A DNA stretch of 64,000 nucleotides from Vicugna vicugna (taxonomy: Eukaryota), in the NCBI GenBank assembly GCA_013265495.1, contig MU061904.1, positions 2,170,001 through 2,234,000 of the forward strand, read 5' to 3'. The notes beneath the pieces were generated by a model that saw nothing but the letters and a program-made list of their open reading frames with translations, did no database searches and was not told the origin of the DNA. Positions 1-38,680 of this stretch are shown here, one piece after another. Every line of letters starts with the position of its first letter. Position 1 is the stretch's first letter. Both the position numbers and the translations under genes were made by a program.

Positions 1-16932
<16,932 letters not shown>

Positions 16933-17649
16933 NNNNNNNNNNNNNNNNNNNNNNNNNNNNNNNNNNNNNNNNNNNNNNNNNNNNNNNNNNNNNNNNNNNN
17001 NNNNNNNNNNNNNNNNNNNNNNNNNNNNNNNNNNNNNNNNNNNNNNNNNNNNCGGTATCTGCGCCTCCAATTGGCCGGAACTCTTACAAACCTGCCTGAC
17101 AACCAGGCGCCGCCTTCTCCGATTGGCCGCTGGAGCCAAGCGGCTTCCTTTTTTTCTCATTGGAAAGGAAGAGTACAAACCGCCAGGGTTCGGCTCCCAT
17201 AATTGGCTGAAGTGGAAGGTCCCGCCCTAAAGGGGGTCGAGCTTAGCGTGGGAGGCGGGGGTCAGGGGAAACCCGGGTTTAGCACAAAGTGCCGCACTTC
17301 GGCGTCTGCTGTGCGTCGGCTTCGTCCATTCTTCGCAGCCTTTTTCCTTTCCCCACTGCTACTCCGCCCAGTCCGAATTGAAGGAAAGAAGCCCTAAAAT
17401 GAAGGGTACCTTTCTTCATCAGGGTAACGTAGCACTAATTGCCTACGCAAAATCGGTGGAGAGAGCTCCCAGAAGTCCTCGAGGGCATCTGTTTCCTAGG
17501 AAAGGCTGGAGGAGTTTCAAAGGGGAAGCCTGGCAGATCGGGACTGGGGTGAAATGAGATGAGAATCCCGAGCTTGTTGCAACTTTGGACAGAGGATCCC
17601 CGTTCCTACTGCACTGGGGCTGGGGAACCAGCTAGACCTGAGCACTTGC

Positions 17650-18330
17650 GAATGCAATGGAAATGCTACCTCATTATTGAGTGTCTGACGAAATGCATCC
17701 CTTACTCTCCCCACCCAGCCCAAGCCAGTGTCCTATGGATAAGATCAGTTCCTGCCCTCAAGGAGTTCACAGTCTGGTGAAGTTCACAGTGGTGTATAAA
17801 CAGATGATTAAGATACAATGTATTAAATTACACAAACCTCGAGGTGACTGGAGTATGTTTCAGAAAGTCAACTCCAGTAGCCGATTGACTTGAAGAAACT
17901 GCAGAAGGCACAAGAATCTGCCTGAAGTCCTCGAACAGGAGAATAATGTTATAAAGCAGTGGCCATAGGCATGGAGAAGAAAGGACAAAATTGGGAAATG
18001 TGTAGAATCAACAGGATTTGGTGATTCATCGGATTGTGGGAAGGATGGTAAGGGAAAGGGAGGGGTCGAGGATGACTTCTGAAAGCCGTCAGAGATGTAG
18101 GAGGAAAATTGGTGTCATGATGGCAAAGGAAGTATAAAAGGATTGGTCAATAGTGTCAGGTTAATGCCAGAGAAAGGCTGAGTAAGATCAAGATCAAACA
18201 GTATCACCTATATTCTGCAGTTAAGAGGTTACAGGGGAATCTTTGCAGGAAAGTTTCAAAAGAGTGGAAGGAAAGTTATAGTGGGTTGAAGAGTAAGCAA
18301 GAGGCATGGAAGTAAAGGCAACAAATCAAG
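17650..18330 (-). mobile_element. L2 LINE fragment
   Basis: TTCCTGCCCTCAAGGAGTTCACAGTCTGG and downstream L2-like purine-rich sequence. Confidence 0.6.
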
Positions 18331-18381
18331 GCTCCTGGTTATCTTACAGAAGTAATATTTGGCTTTCAATAACTAATGATA

Positions 18382-18525
18382 GGCGGAGGGTGTAACTCAG
18401 TGGTAGAGTGAAGCTTAGTGTGCACAAGGTCCTAGGTTCAATCCCCAGTACCTCTATTAAAATAAATAAGTAAATAAATAAACCTAATTACCTACCCCCC
18501 AAAATATTAAAAAAAAAAAGAAAAA
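18382..18525 (+). mobile_element. tRNA-derived SINE, Vic-1-like
   Basis: A-box TAACTCAGTGGTAGA, B-box GGTTCAATCCC, (TAAA)n then AACCTAATTACC, A-rich tail, target-site duplication AACTAATGA. Confidence 0.9.
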
Positions 18526-18907
18526 AACTAATGACGATTTCAAGGTAATGCCGAGTGGACAGCATGCCAACCATTATTTGCTGGGAGAAGAGCCTGGGAG
18601 GAAAGGATGTTTATTTGTGGACGAATATTTGTGTTGTCTGTATGGGTGCTGACCTAAGCAGGATACCAGATGTATTTACCCACTCCCAAGGCCTCAAGGA
18701 GCACTATAGCCCTGAGGCCTGGATCTTGCCTGCTACTGTGTAAAGCAGTCATATCCTCTTTGGACCCACCCCATCATCCTCCGGGTCCTTGTTCCCTTTG
18801 AGAGTCAGGGAACTGAGCCACAGAGTTTAGAACTACCAAATGGGAACTTCCATCCTTGTGAATTCAGGACTGTTCTTGCATGCTGTTTTAAAGATATAGA
18901 ACTGGTT

Positions 18908-19040
18908 GGGGAGTGGGAGTGGTGTATAGCTCAATGGTATAACACATGCTTAGTATACACAAGGTCCTGGGTTCAACCCCAGTACCTCCATTAAAAAAAA
19001 GAAAGAAAGAAAAAGAAAAAATGTTAATAAATTAATTTTT
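18908..19040 (+). mobile_element. tRNA-derived SINE, Vic-1-like
   Basis: TATAGCTCAATGGTA...GGTCCTGGGTTCAACCCCAGTACCTCC with an A-rich tail. Degenerate flanking duplication TAAAGATATAGAACTGG / TAAAGATGTGAAACTGG. Confidence 0.85.
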
Positions 19041-19950
19041 TTAAAGATGTGAAACTGGGCAATTTCAGGTTTAGGACTAAAGGTACCTCCAGAAACTATA
19101 ATCAAACATTTAAAAAATATTTCCTTGTCTCTCTAGGGATAGAAATATCTTATAACATGAAAATATAATATTCACCTCTCAAATTTTCAGAAAATTTTCA
19201 GGAATACATAATGTACAAAGTAGAAGACTGCCTCAAGATGAAGGAAAGGAGAAATTTGGGCAATCGTTGGAAGAGAATGCAAGGTCCAGAAAGAGTAGAC
19301 TGCCACCAATCAAACCATTGATTCTAAATGCAAGTATATTGTTAATAACTGGAAGTGTGACCAACCAGTGTCCAAGTGTCTTATACAGAGCGGAAGACAA
19401 GGATGTACTCTAAGTAACAGCACAGACGGGAAGAAAGCTGTTGGTTTTGTACTCATGACTGAAGCCTTGAACCCTTCTCTTCTGCCTGCTCTGCTGCCCA
19501 CCCTTCTCTAGGATAGAAACAGGAATGGGTCTCCAGTCTGCAAGGATTGGTGGAGGGAGAGCAGCCAGTTTTGGAGAGATGAAAATGCAAAGCTGCTTTG
19601 TCTTCACTTCAAATTTGGTGGGAGTAGATCGAACAGGACAAAAAACAGGACAAGAAACGCTGGAACGTGGGTTTTGTGTAGAATGTGTTGAAACAGGTGT
19701 GGCAGCACCAAGCACTTCAGGGCTACATGAATCACATATAGTTATTCAGCCAGCAACCACTACATATCCATAAGCATGTCTGAGACAGTTTTATAATCCT
19801 ACCACTCCCTCGTGCAATCTTCCTCACAACCCCCAAACCTAAGTGCCTACAGTTTCGCAGAGTGGACTCCTTCCTAAACACTCCACAGCTCCCAGCAGGG
19901 GGTCAGCTTTGGTTCAAGGGGCACTGGACCATTCATTGATCATTCAATAA

Positions 19951-30803
<10,853 letters not shown>

Positions 30804-31097
30804 GAGCCTCCTCGGCCTGGGACCCTGCCCACGGTGGCAAAAGGTACCTGGGTATCTCCAGAGACCTGAGAGAGCAAAGGCTGTTTCTCAGGCTGCTGCC
30901 GTCAACCCACCTGACGGCTGCCTGCCTCCGGGAGATCCCCTGGGTGCCGAGTGGCATCAGGAGCCCCAGGAGAGCTCAGGAGGCATCCCCTCCTGCCCTC
31001 CAGGCCAGTTCCAAGACTAAGGCTCTCTGCTCAGGAGAAGAGGTGGGGCCTGGAGCTCTGGGGATGGGGCCCTGAGAGAGCACCTTCTGTGGCTGAA

Positions 31098-31103
31098 AAT
31101 AAA
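31098..31103 (+). terminator. PEX6 polyadenylation signal AATAAA
   Basis: Canonical hexamer about 295 nt after the PEX6 stop, followed by GT-containing sequence. Confidence 0.7.
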
Positions 31104-31260
31104 GTGTATGCTGCCCCCTGCTGGTGGTGTGATCTGAAAGGTTGGCGTAGGGAAGAGCAAGGCTGTGGAGGAGTAAACCCAGGGGTGGGCAGGTGGGTAC
31201 CACAGAAGCCTGATCCTTACGACATAAACACAACACATACAGTCTGAAAAAGGCACAGAC

Positions 31261-31266
31261 TATATT
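31261..31266 (-). terminator. Probable GNMT polyadenylation signal, variant AATATA
   Basis: About 180 nt after the GNMT stop. On the minus strand it is followed by a GU-rich element (TGTATGTGTTGTGTTTATG). No AATAAA was seen on this strand in the interval. Confidence 0.5.
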
Positions 31267-31444
31267 GTTCCCCCTTCCATCTGTATGAACCCAAATCCCT
31301 GCTCCCCAGCTGCAGACTGCCCTTCCCCTCACCCACCCCAGGATTTGCACTGGGGGCTGGGTTTAGTGTAGGGCTACTGGTCCCCTCCTCCCCAGACAGA
31401 GCCTGGCAGCTCCTGGGCAGTGGTCTGGGGAGCTGAGGCCTTGC

Positions 31445-34038
31445 TCAGTCTGTCCTCTTGAGCACGTGGATGAAATAGCAGGGAATGTAGGCCTGGCCTG
31501 GCTTGTAAGGCTTGAAGTCGCCCAGGATGCTGTGCTGACACTTGCCCCCGAAGGCTGTTTGAAGCAACTCCGTGAAGGATGCCAGACAGTGAGGGTAGTA
31601 GGAGAGCCGGAACTTACTGCAACAGAGCCCCCGACCAACCATGAGGACTGGTGGGCTCAGCACCCTTCCCCCCAACCCCTGCTTCATTCAGTGGGTACCT
31701 CAAGCCAGGAGAACTGTCCTGGCCAGTCCCTGGCACCTGCACCGTGTAGTCCAGGGTCACCATGTGGGCCTTGTTGTTCACTGTCAGCACTGATGTCCTG
31801 ATGTCCTTGGTCAGGTCACTCTGCAGGTGGTGGTAGCAGGCTGCATTAGCTTCTGCATCTACCGTGGGGCCAGGATCACACCTCCCACTCTGGTCCCTCC
31901 CTCCCTCAGGGGCCCCACCTTATAGTAGATGTTCTTTCCTGGAGGCGCGCAGCCTGTGCTGAGGATGTGGTCATAGTTGCGGTGATCGATGACCAGCACG
32001 CCCCCTGATCGCACCATGCTTGCGATGTTCTTCAGTGCCAGCCGGTGCTCGCTCTGGTCCCCTGAACTCCAGGCAGGGGCAGAGAGGCTACGTCTGCCCA
32101 GAGCCCCCAGCACCAGTCTCCCTCCCATCTTTCTCATCCCCAGGGGTCTGGAAAGGATATAGTTTAAAGCAGGGTCTGTGCCCAGGGCCACACCCTCTCT
32201 CACCTTTGCAGTCTGGCAAGTGGGCAAAACTGTTTCCAAGGCAAATGACAGCATCAAAGCCACCCTCTGGTGGCTGAGGCACATCTTTTTCCAGAGTCAA
32301 CCAGTTGGCTTCTTCAATGACTAGGGGCCGGGAAGATGACGAGGGATCAGGTACCAGCAGTACCCTCCACCACCAAGTGCGGTCCTGCCTCAATTTCCCC
32401 TTCAAGACACACACATCCAGTCTGGGGGAGTGGATCATTATGAACAAGACGGGTGAAGAGGAACAGGGGTCCAAGGAGGAGGAAGCCATGGTTACCATGG
32501 GAAGGAGGGCTCTGTGCTTATGGGTTTTTACTCAGGGAGAGGGGGACAAGACACTACACGTAATTAAAACTAGCCCCTCATACTTGATACCTCATTCTGG
32601 TGCCTAAGCCTCCCATTTCAGGGAAATGACAGTAATTTTACTGTCCTCCTTGAGAAGAACAAAACACCCCACCACAGGAGCTAAGGGATCCCAGGGCAGA
32701 GAGAACTGTGTCCTTGGGGGCTGGGCTGAGGGGGCCTGACTGGACACATTTACCCCACTTGTCGAAGGAGGGCTCGTGCCGCCGGTTCCAGCGCTCTTTA
32801 AGTGCATACTTCAGCATCTTGTCACTGGCATCCACGCTTGTCACATTGAAGCCCTCTTCCACCAGCATGATGGAGTCCACCCTGGGCAGCACCAGGAAGG
32901 AGAGGCAGGGAGAGGCAGAGAGAGGCAGTCAGAGGGGCCTGGGAAGGCAAGGAGGAGGCCCTGTGCTGGACACTTCCGTCTCCTCAGCTCTTCAGAGTCC
33001 ATTTCTCTGCTTCCTGTTCCCAGGCTCTCTCCACTGACCTCAAATGACCTGGCAAATCTATCACTGAGTGGCAACTTTTATATTTTAGCATCTATTCCAA
33101 GCCAAGCATACTAGAAATGTGCATTAATCCTCATGGCAATACATGGAGGTAGATGGTGTTATCCCCATTTGAGGAAGGGGACAAACTGAGGCTCCTGGAA
33201 ATTCACTTGAGCACAGAAGGGCATGTAGCACGGTGGTTTAGAGCACAGGTCAGACCCTAACCAGCCTCGGTCTGCACTTCCTCTCCACCTTTACCTCTCC
33301 GAGGACAAAGTTTTACAACTGTAAACGGGTATCACTACTTACCTCAGTTGGGTTTTGTGAGGATTTTAAAAACTGATGTTATCAGGAGCACCTGGCACAG
33401 GGCTTTGGCGGGGCAAAAGTTGAACAAGTACTAACTGTTAATGCTGCCCAAGGCCATCACGCGAGGAATGAGAGGAGCGAAGATCTGACCTCAAAGCCTG
33501 GTCTTTGCGCCGCCCCCCAGGCGAATCCGCAGTGCCCACACCCTTGCTCCCTCCCTGGGTCTCCTCGCGCTCTTCCTGCCGTCAGCCTCGCCCTGCCCGT
33601 TCTGCCTGGGCACTTTTTTCAGGCCCTGGCGTCGCGCCCCGGCCCGGCTCCGGGTCGGCAGAGGAGGCTGCCCCGACGTGCCTGCGTGGTCCCGCGATCC
33701 GGCAGCCTGGGCCGAGCCGGTCTTGTCTCCCCCCATCCACCGCCAGCCCCCGGTTCCCCCGGCCCTCGCTAACCCCCGGCCTGCCCCGGCCGCCTGCTAC
33801 CCCGGGTCCCGCTGTGCCCTGCCCCGACTCACCCGGTGCCGCAGGCCACGTCGAGCACCCGCTGACAGCCGTGCTGGCGCAGCAGCCCGAGCAGCCAGGC
33901 CTTGTACTCGGCAGTGCGGCTGCGAGTGTCCCCGATGTAGAGCTGCCACACGCGTGCTGCCTCTCCGTCCGCGTACTGGTCCGGGAGCCCTTCAGCCGCC
34001 ACCCCCAGGGAGCGGGTCCGGTACACGCTGTCCACCAT
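31445..34038 (-). CDS. GNMT: Glycine N-methyltransferase, 295 aa
   Basis: 6 exons: 33833-34038, 32754-32881, 32204-32320, 31919-32061, 31699-31820, 31445-31616. Total 888 nt. Starts [28 protein letters not shown]-binding motif VLDVACGTG, also [13 protein letters not shown]. Ends IHVLKRTD*. Confidence 0.99.
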
Positions 34039-34300
34039 CCTGCGACGAGCCTTGTTCCGCCGCCGCCTCCCGCTCGGCATTTATAACACGGCCCCTGGCG
34101 GAGCGCCGGCGGCCCCACCTGCCCAATGGCAGGTGAGCGCGGGGGCACGCCCCTGCTGGGCTCCGGGCCCAGGGCCGCGGGGAGGGCACTGCTTGGCAAT
34201 CCTGGACGAGTCCTTCCCACCCTCCTTAAGATCCGACCTCTGGACGATCCTACGGCGGGAAAGGACCCTCCCAGGCCCCTATCTACTTAACCCAGTGCGC
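33480..34300 (-). promoter_or_regulatory. GNMT CpG island and promoter with TATA and CCAAT boxes
   Basis: TATAAA on the minus strand at 34080-34085, about 42 nt upstream of the ATG. CCAAT at 34123-34127. CpG-rich over exon 1. Confidence 0.75.
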
Positions 34301-34442
34301 AGGAGGACCCGGGAGGGGCCAGGAGAAGAAGGAGCTGTGAGATGGCCCGCTCCATCCCCTGTCCCAAGCTGGAAAGAAACTTCACAGTCCACAGAGATGA
34401 GCGCCCAGGGCTGAAACGTCACAGTGGAAAAAAGTCCAGCTG

Positions 34443-34707
34443 AAGGAGAGCCTGGCCAGCCAGGGAAGGGAAGAATGAGGAGTGTCTGGGGAAAGTGCTG
34501 GCCTGGTTTTCCAAGTCCAGGAGCAGTTCCCAAGGGATCATCCCTCTCACCCGGGGGGGGGGGGGCGGGGGCAAGAAAGGAGAGCCTGGCCAGCCAGGGA
34601 AGGGAAGAATGAGGAGTGTCTGGGGAAAGTGCTGGCCTGGTTTTCCAAGTCCAGGAGCAGTTCCCAAGGGATCATCCCTCTCACCCGGGGGGGGGGGCGG
34701 GGGCAAG
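34443..34707. repeat. Near-perfect direct tandem duplication, unit about 134 bp
   Basis: Copy 1 is 34443-34575 and copy 2 is 34577-34707 (AAGGAGAGCCTGGCC...GGGGCAAG). They differ only in the G run (13 vs 11 G). Confidence 0.95.
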
Positions 34708-36667
34708 TGCTCTTCTGTCGTGGAAGTGATGCTTCAGGTTTTTCTGTGAGCCACCTGAGATGGAGTCTGGTTCCAACTCCTCTCCAACCAAGCGCACTTC
34801 TAAAGACCCACTGCTTTCCACGGAGGTGGCCACAGCGTAGGAAGTCCAGGGTCGGGGTGGGAGTGCTTGGTGCTCTTGCTATTATATTGCTCATTGTTAC
34901 TTTATAAATTGGTCCTTTCATTTGGTTAGTATACATCTACCCTTCCTCCTCAAAGCATAAAGTCTCTTCCTGGGGCAAGACCCTGGACTGAAGTGGATTC
35001 AGGAAGATGGTGCCACCCAGAGAAGCCCCAGACAGCAAGAACAGCCTTCCTCACCTGTCTTTGTTCTTCTGGCTTCAGAAAGGGCCAGTTATGGAGTTTG
35101 GAACAAAGAAACCTCCCCTCCCCTCATCTTTTATGACCTATAGAATCCTGGAGCTGGAGGAATCCCAAAGATTTATAATCATTCTCACCTTTCTATTTTT
35201 GGCACAGAGACAGTCTTGAATGGGCCATGCCCAAGTAATGGAGTCTCGTGTTCACACTGACCCCACAGACAGGTCTTTGGCAACAGGCTTAGAAAGACAC
35301 TATACTGGGGAGTTTATAATATGATTTTTTAAAATAATATGAATGCTGATGGCAAGTTTGGATTTTTAAAAACTCGTAAGTTGTGAATAGCTTCTAAATG
35401 CACTTTCCATTTCAAAGACAAGATTTTTGTTCTGAAGTTAATAATTATTTGATTTCTTTCTCATCCAGAAGCATTTTTTAAAAGTTGAGATCACAGTACA
35501 CATGCAATTTCAAAGCACTTTTTCTTTCTTTTTCCACTTTTAACTCTCAAAACCATGTTTTCTTCTCTTGGCCATAAATTACTTGGCGTAAAGCATTTTT
35601 TGGCTACACTGAGTGGATGTGCTGCGACTTGTTTAATCATTCCCCAAGCTCTGAACATTTAAAATGCTCCCACGATTTTTCAAGAGAGTGAACATGTGGA
35701 TGACTATGATGAAATCATTCTCCAAACGGAATTTTTCTGTTAATTGATGCTGTCACCCAAAACAAATGTTTGTTTCAACTCTTCTCTACATGAAGATACT
35801 ATTCATTGATATTTCAATGGGTAGAAAATTGTATCTAATTGTTGTAATCTTCTTTAATTACTACCAAAATGTACCAAGTAATTGCAGTCCTTCATCTCTA
35901 AATTGTCCACGTTCTTTGTCCACTGAAATATATCAAAACTGCCTTTTGTTTTACTCGATTAGTCCCTGTGAATTTTAGATAACCCAAATCTGAGGTCCTG
36001 GGCCATGGAAGGGAAGGTCACAGAATACATATCAATTTATACTTTCACTTAGCTGAAAACAAGGATCGGTGGTATTTTTAATATGCAATGCTTATTATTT
36101 GTAATTGGCCGAAAAGACTAAATTCTGCATCCCCAAATGTATATTTGCAAAAAAGATTCTAGGTTGGAAATAGGGCTGCAACCTGACAAACTCCAAGGCT
36201 ATTCCTGTTTGAGGACACATTAAAATCTTAAAATTGTGAATTATGTATATGTATATTGACTACAAATGGCAGACATCCTGGCTATTTTTGTTTTGATTCA
36301 GAACAGGTAGAAATTCATTGTTCAGAGGAGGTATGCCCATTTCCAAACTCTAGTCCAAGCCCTTAGGAAAAACTCTTCTCTGCTGTTGAACACTGGGACG
36401 CTGTGGGTGGGGTGGGAAGCCGCCCACCAGCATAGAGTCTGCTAGCAGATTTATCACAATGGATCCTTTTTTGGCCTCTCAATATACCGTGAAAGACTTA
36501 ATCTGCTTTAATAAAGTTCCATCAAGTGAGCGTAAAAGTGGTTCCTAAATTGATGGTTGTAACACAGATTGGTGGTGGCGACATTACCATTAAGCTTAGT
36601 GTTATCTATGAGAAGTCCACCAATGTGTGGAAAAGAGGTTCTCTTTGACCATTTCATACTTTGCTGA

Positions 36668-36740
36668 TTTTTTTTTTCGGCAGGGTCGGTAATTAGGTTT
36701 CTTTCTTTTTATGGAGGTGCTGGGAATGGAAGCCAGGACC
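36668..36740 (-). mobile_element. 5'-truncated SINE of the same family
   Basis: Reverse complement reads GGTCCTGGCTTCCATTCCCAGCACCTCCAT...AAACCTAATTACC followed by an A tail. Confidence 0.75.
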
Positions 36741-38529
36741 ACTCATTGAAACAGGTGACTTAGCAGATGGCTTCTTGATGAGATGAAGAATAAAATAGCA
36801 AGACCACTTTGGTGAGTATAATTCCTAACAAAATAACATCCGGCTTTTTGAGTGTCTTGTTTTTTTCAGATTGAGAACCTTTTCTATTTTAGAGAAGTGA
36901 TGAGGATAGATGTCGCCACCCTGGAGCTGGTGATGGGGTCAGCCCACTTCTCTGTCAATGTGCAACACCTCCCTGTAGAGAATCACAATCATCTTGGTGG
37001 GAGTTTAAGTTCTGTTGGCCAGTACAACCTTAATAAGTGGACGGTACACTTTAAAAGAAAGAATGAAGAAAACTGGATTCCTCTTAAAGAAATTGTGAAG
37101 AGAAGCCAGCCCTAGAGGGCAGTGTCAGGGTCAGCTGCTTTTAAACTATCCACAACTGTAAAGTGAAAAGGGAGAAAGACTTGAAGGTTAACTCACTCCC
37201 AACTGCATGTCCAACATGGAACTCTGAAGACATAAATAGATTAGCGTGCCTTCTAGAAGAGAGCCACGTGGAGGAAAGATGGTCTGAGCCAACTGGCTGT
37301 GGCTGCAGGGTTCTACAGCATTGGGGTTATGCCCCAGGACACTGAAGCCATTCCACTGGGACTCACAACCTGGTTGGGCCACTTCCTAAATGTGTGACCT
37401 TGGGTAAGTTATTTAACCTTTCTGTGCTCTGTTCATTCAACAGACAGTTATTAAGTGGCAACTCTGAGTGCTGGGGATACTGCAGTGAACAAAACAGACA
37501 AAAATCCCCATTCTTTTTGTAGAGCGTGTGTGTAGGGAGTGGGGGGTTCTGGGTGATGGTAACAATGTATCATGTGTGTGCTGGTGACTTCGGTGTTCAG
37601 ATTGTAAAAATTAATTGAGCTGTACACCTATGTGGACTTTCCTGTATTTTACTTTGAATCCACGGCCTTGTGAAGATCATTAAATATTAAGTGAGTTAAC
37701 TATGTAAAACCACGTAGAGCTGTGCTTGCCACATAGTAACACACACTCAAAAAAGTGACTACTATTATTATTTCAGTGAAACTCCTTATAGCTCAAACTA
37801 GGGCATCAGGGGATGTTCAAGAGGGATTCAGCTGGCTCTGCTGCTAGGATTAGTACAGAGTCCTTCCATAAACCAGTTAGGTGTGGACCATGCATCTGTC
37901 ACGAAAACATGTGCTTTTCTTTCAAGATCAAAAAATGAGATGAATTTTGTTCGTACTTGTGACCTAAAGTGATTTAAGGCAGCTGTGAACATGTGGACAG
38001 GTTGTGCACTGCACAAATTCTCCATATTTAAGGGGCTTCAATGCAAATTGCAAAACTCATGAGCTTGTATATTTGTTATCATTTTCTGGCAGGAATTCTG
38101 GCAGTCAGGTGTCTTACTCTAACAAAACTTTTATTAAAATAACTTTTGGACAGATGGGAGTCAAAGGTGTGAAAAGCACCACTTTCTAACTTGCAAAAAG
38201 ATGCTGCACATTAATACCGCCCAGGAACTTGGAAATAAAGGGAGGAGCCAGACTCCTAGGAGCTCTCTCTTAAAACAAATACAGAGAGGTCCCAATGCAG
38301 CCACTTCTGAGACTACAGAGCCCCAGCACCTGAGACTTATCACTGAACTGGAACAAACCGACAAACTGACCTTGAGGTTTGCCCATCGGCCTTTGTGGTT
38401 CTGGGTGATGCATGTCTCCAACAGGGAGAGAGATCCTCTCTGAGGTTCTGACAATTCGTGCCTCTGAGGACCAGATGTGGCTTCATTAGGCCTTGGCCCC
38501 TCTGAACACAAGACCCAAATTTTTCCTGG

Positions 38530-38680
38530 TGAAGTGGGTTCCACCTAGCCTCATCTTAAGACCCACATGGACTCCTGGATCTCCCACCCAGGAAGTCTGA
38601 GGGGAACCCCGACATCAGCATGTTTAACAAGCATCCAAGTGACTCTCATGTCCATGTGAGGGCAGGAAACCCTATTTTCA
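38530..38680. mobile_element. MER5A-like DNA transposon
   Basis: CCACCCAGGAAGTCTGA...CAGCATGTTTAACAAGCATCCAAGTGACTCTCATG. Confidence 0.55.

Noticed and set aside
18382-18460. tRNA-like sequences with A and B boxes (also at 18908, 21855, 55762, 63861)
   Set aside because: They have A-rich tails, target-site duplications and diverged stems, so they are SINEs rather than tRNA genes.
19156-19413. Open frame of about 86 codons without ATG (…SRKSRLPPIKP…) between PPP2R5D and PEX6
   Set aside because: No start codon, no convincing exon pair and no recognised homolog; the length is compatible with chance.
34443-34707. Direct repeat considered as a CRISPR-like array
   Set aside because: Only two long adjacent units with no spacers, in a mammalian genome.
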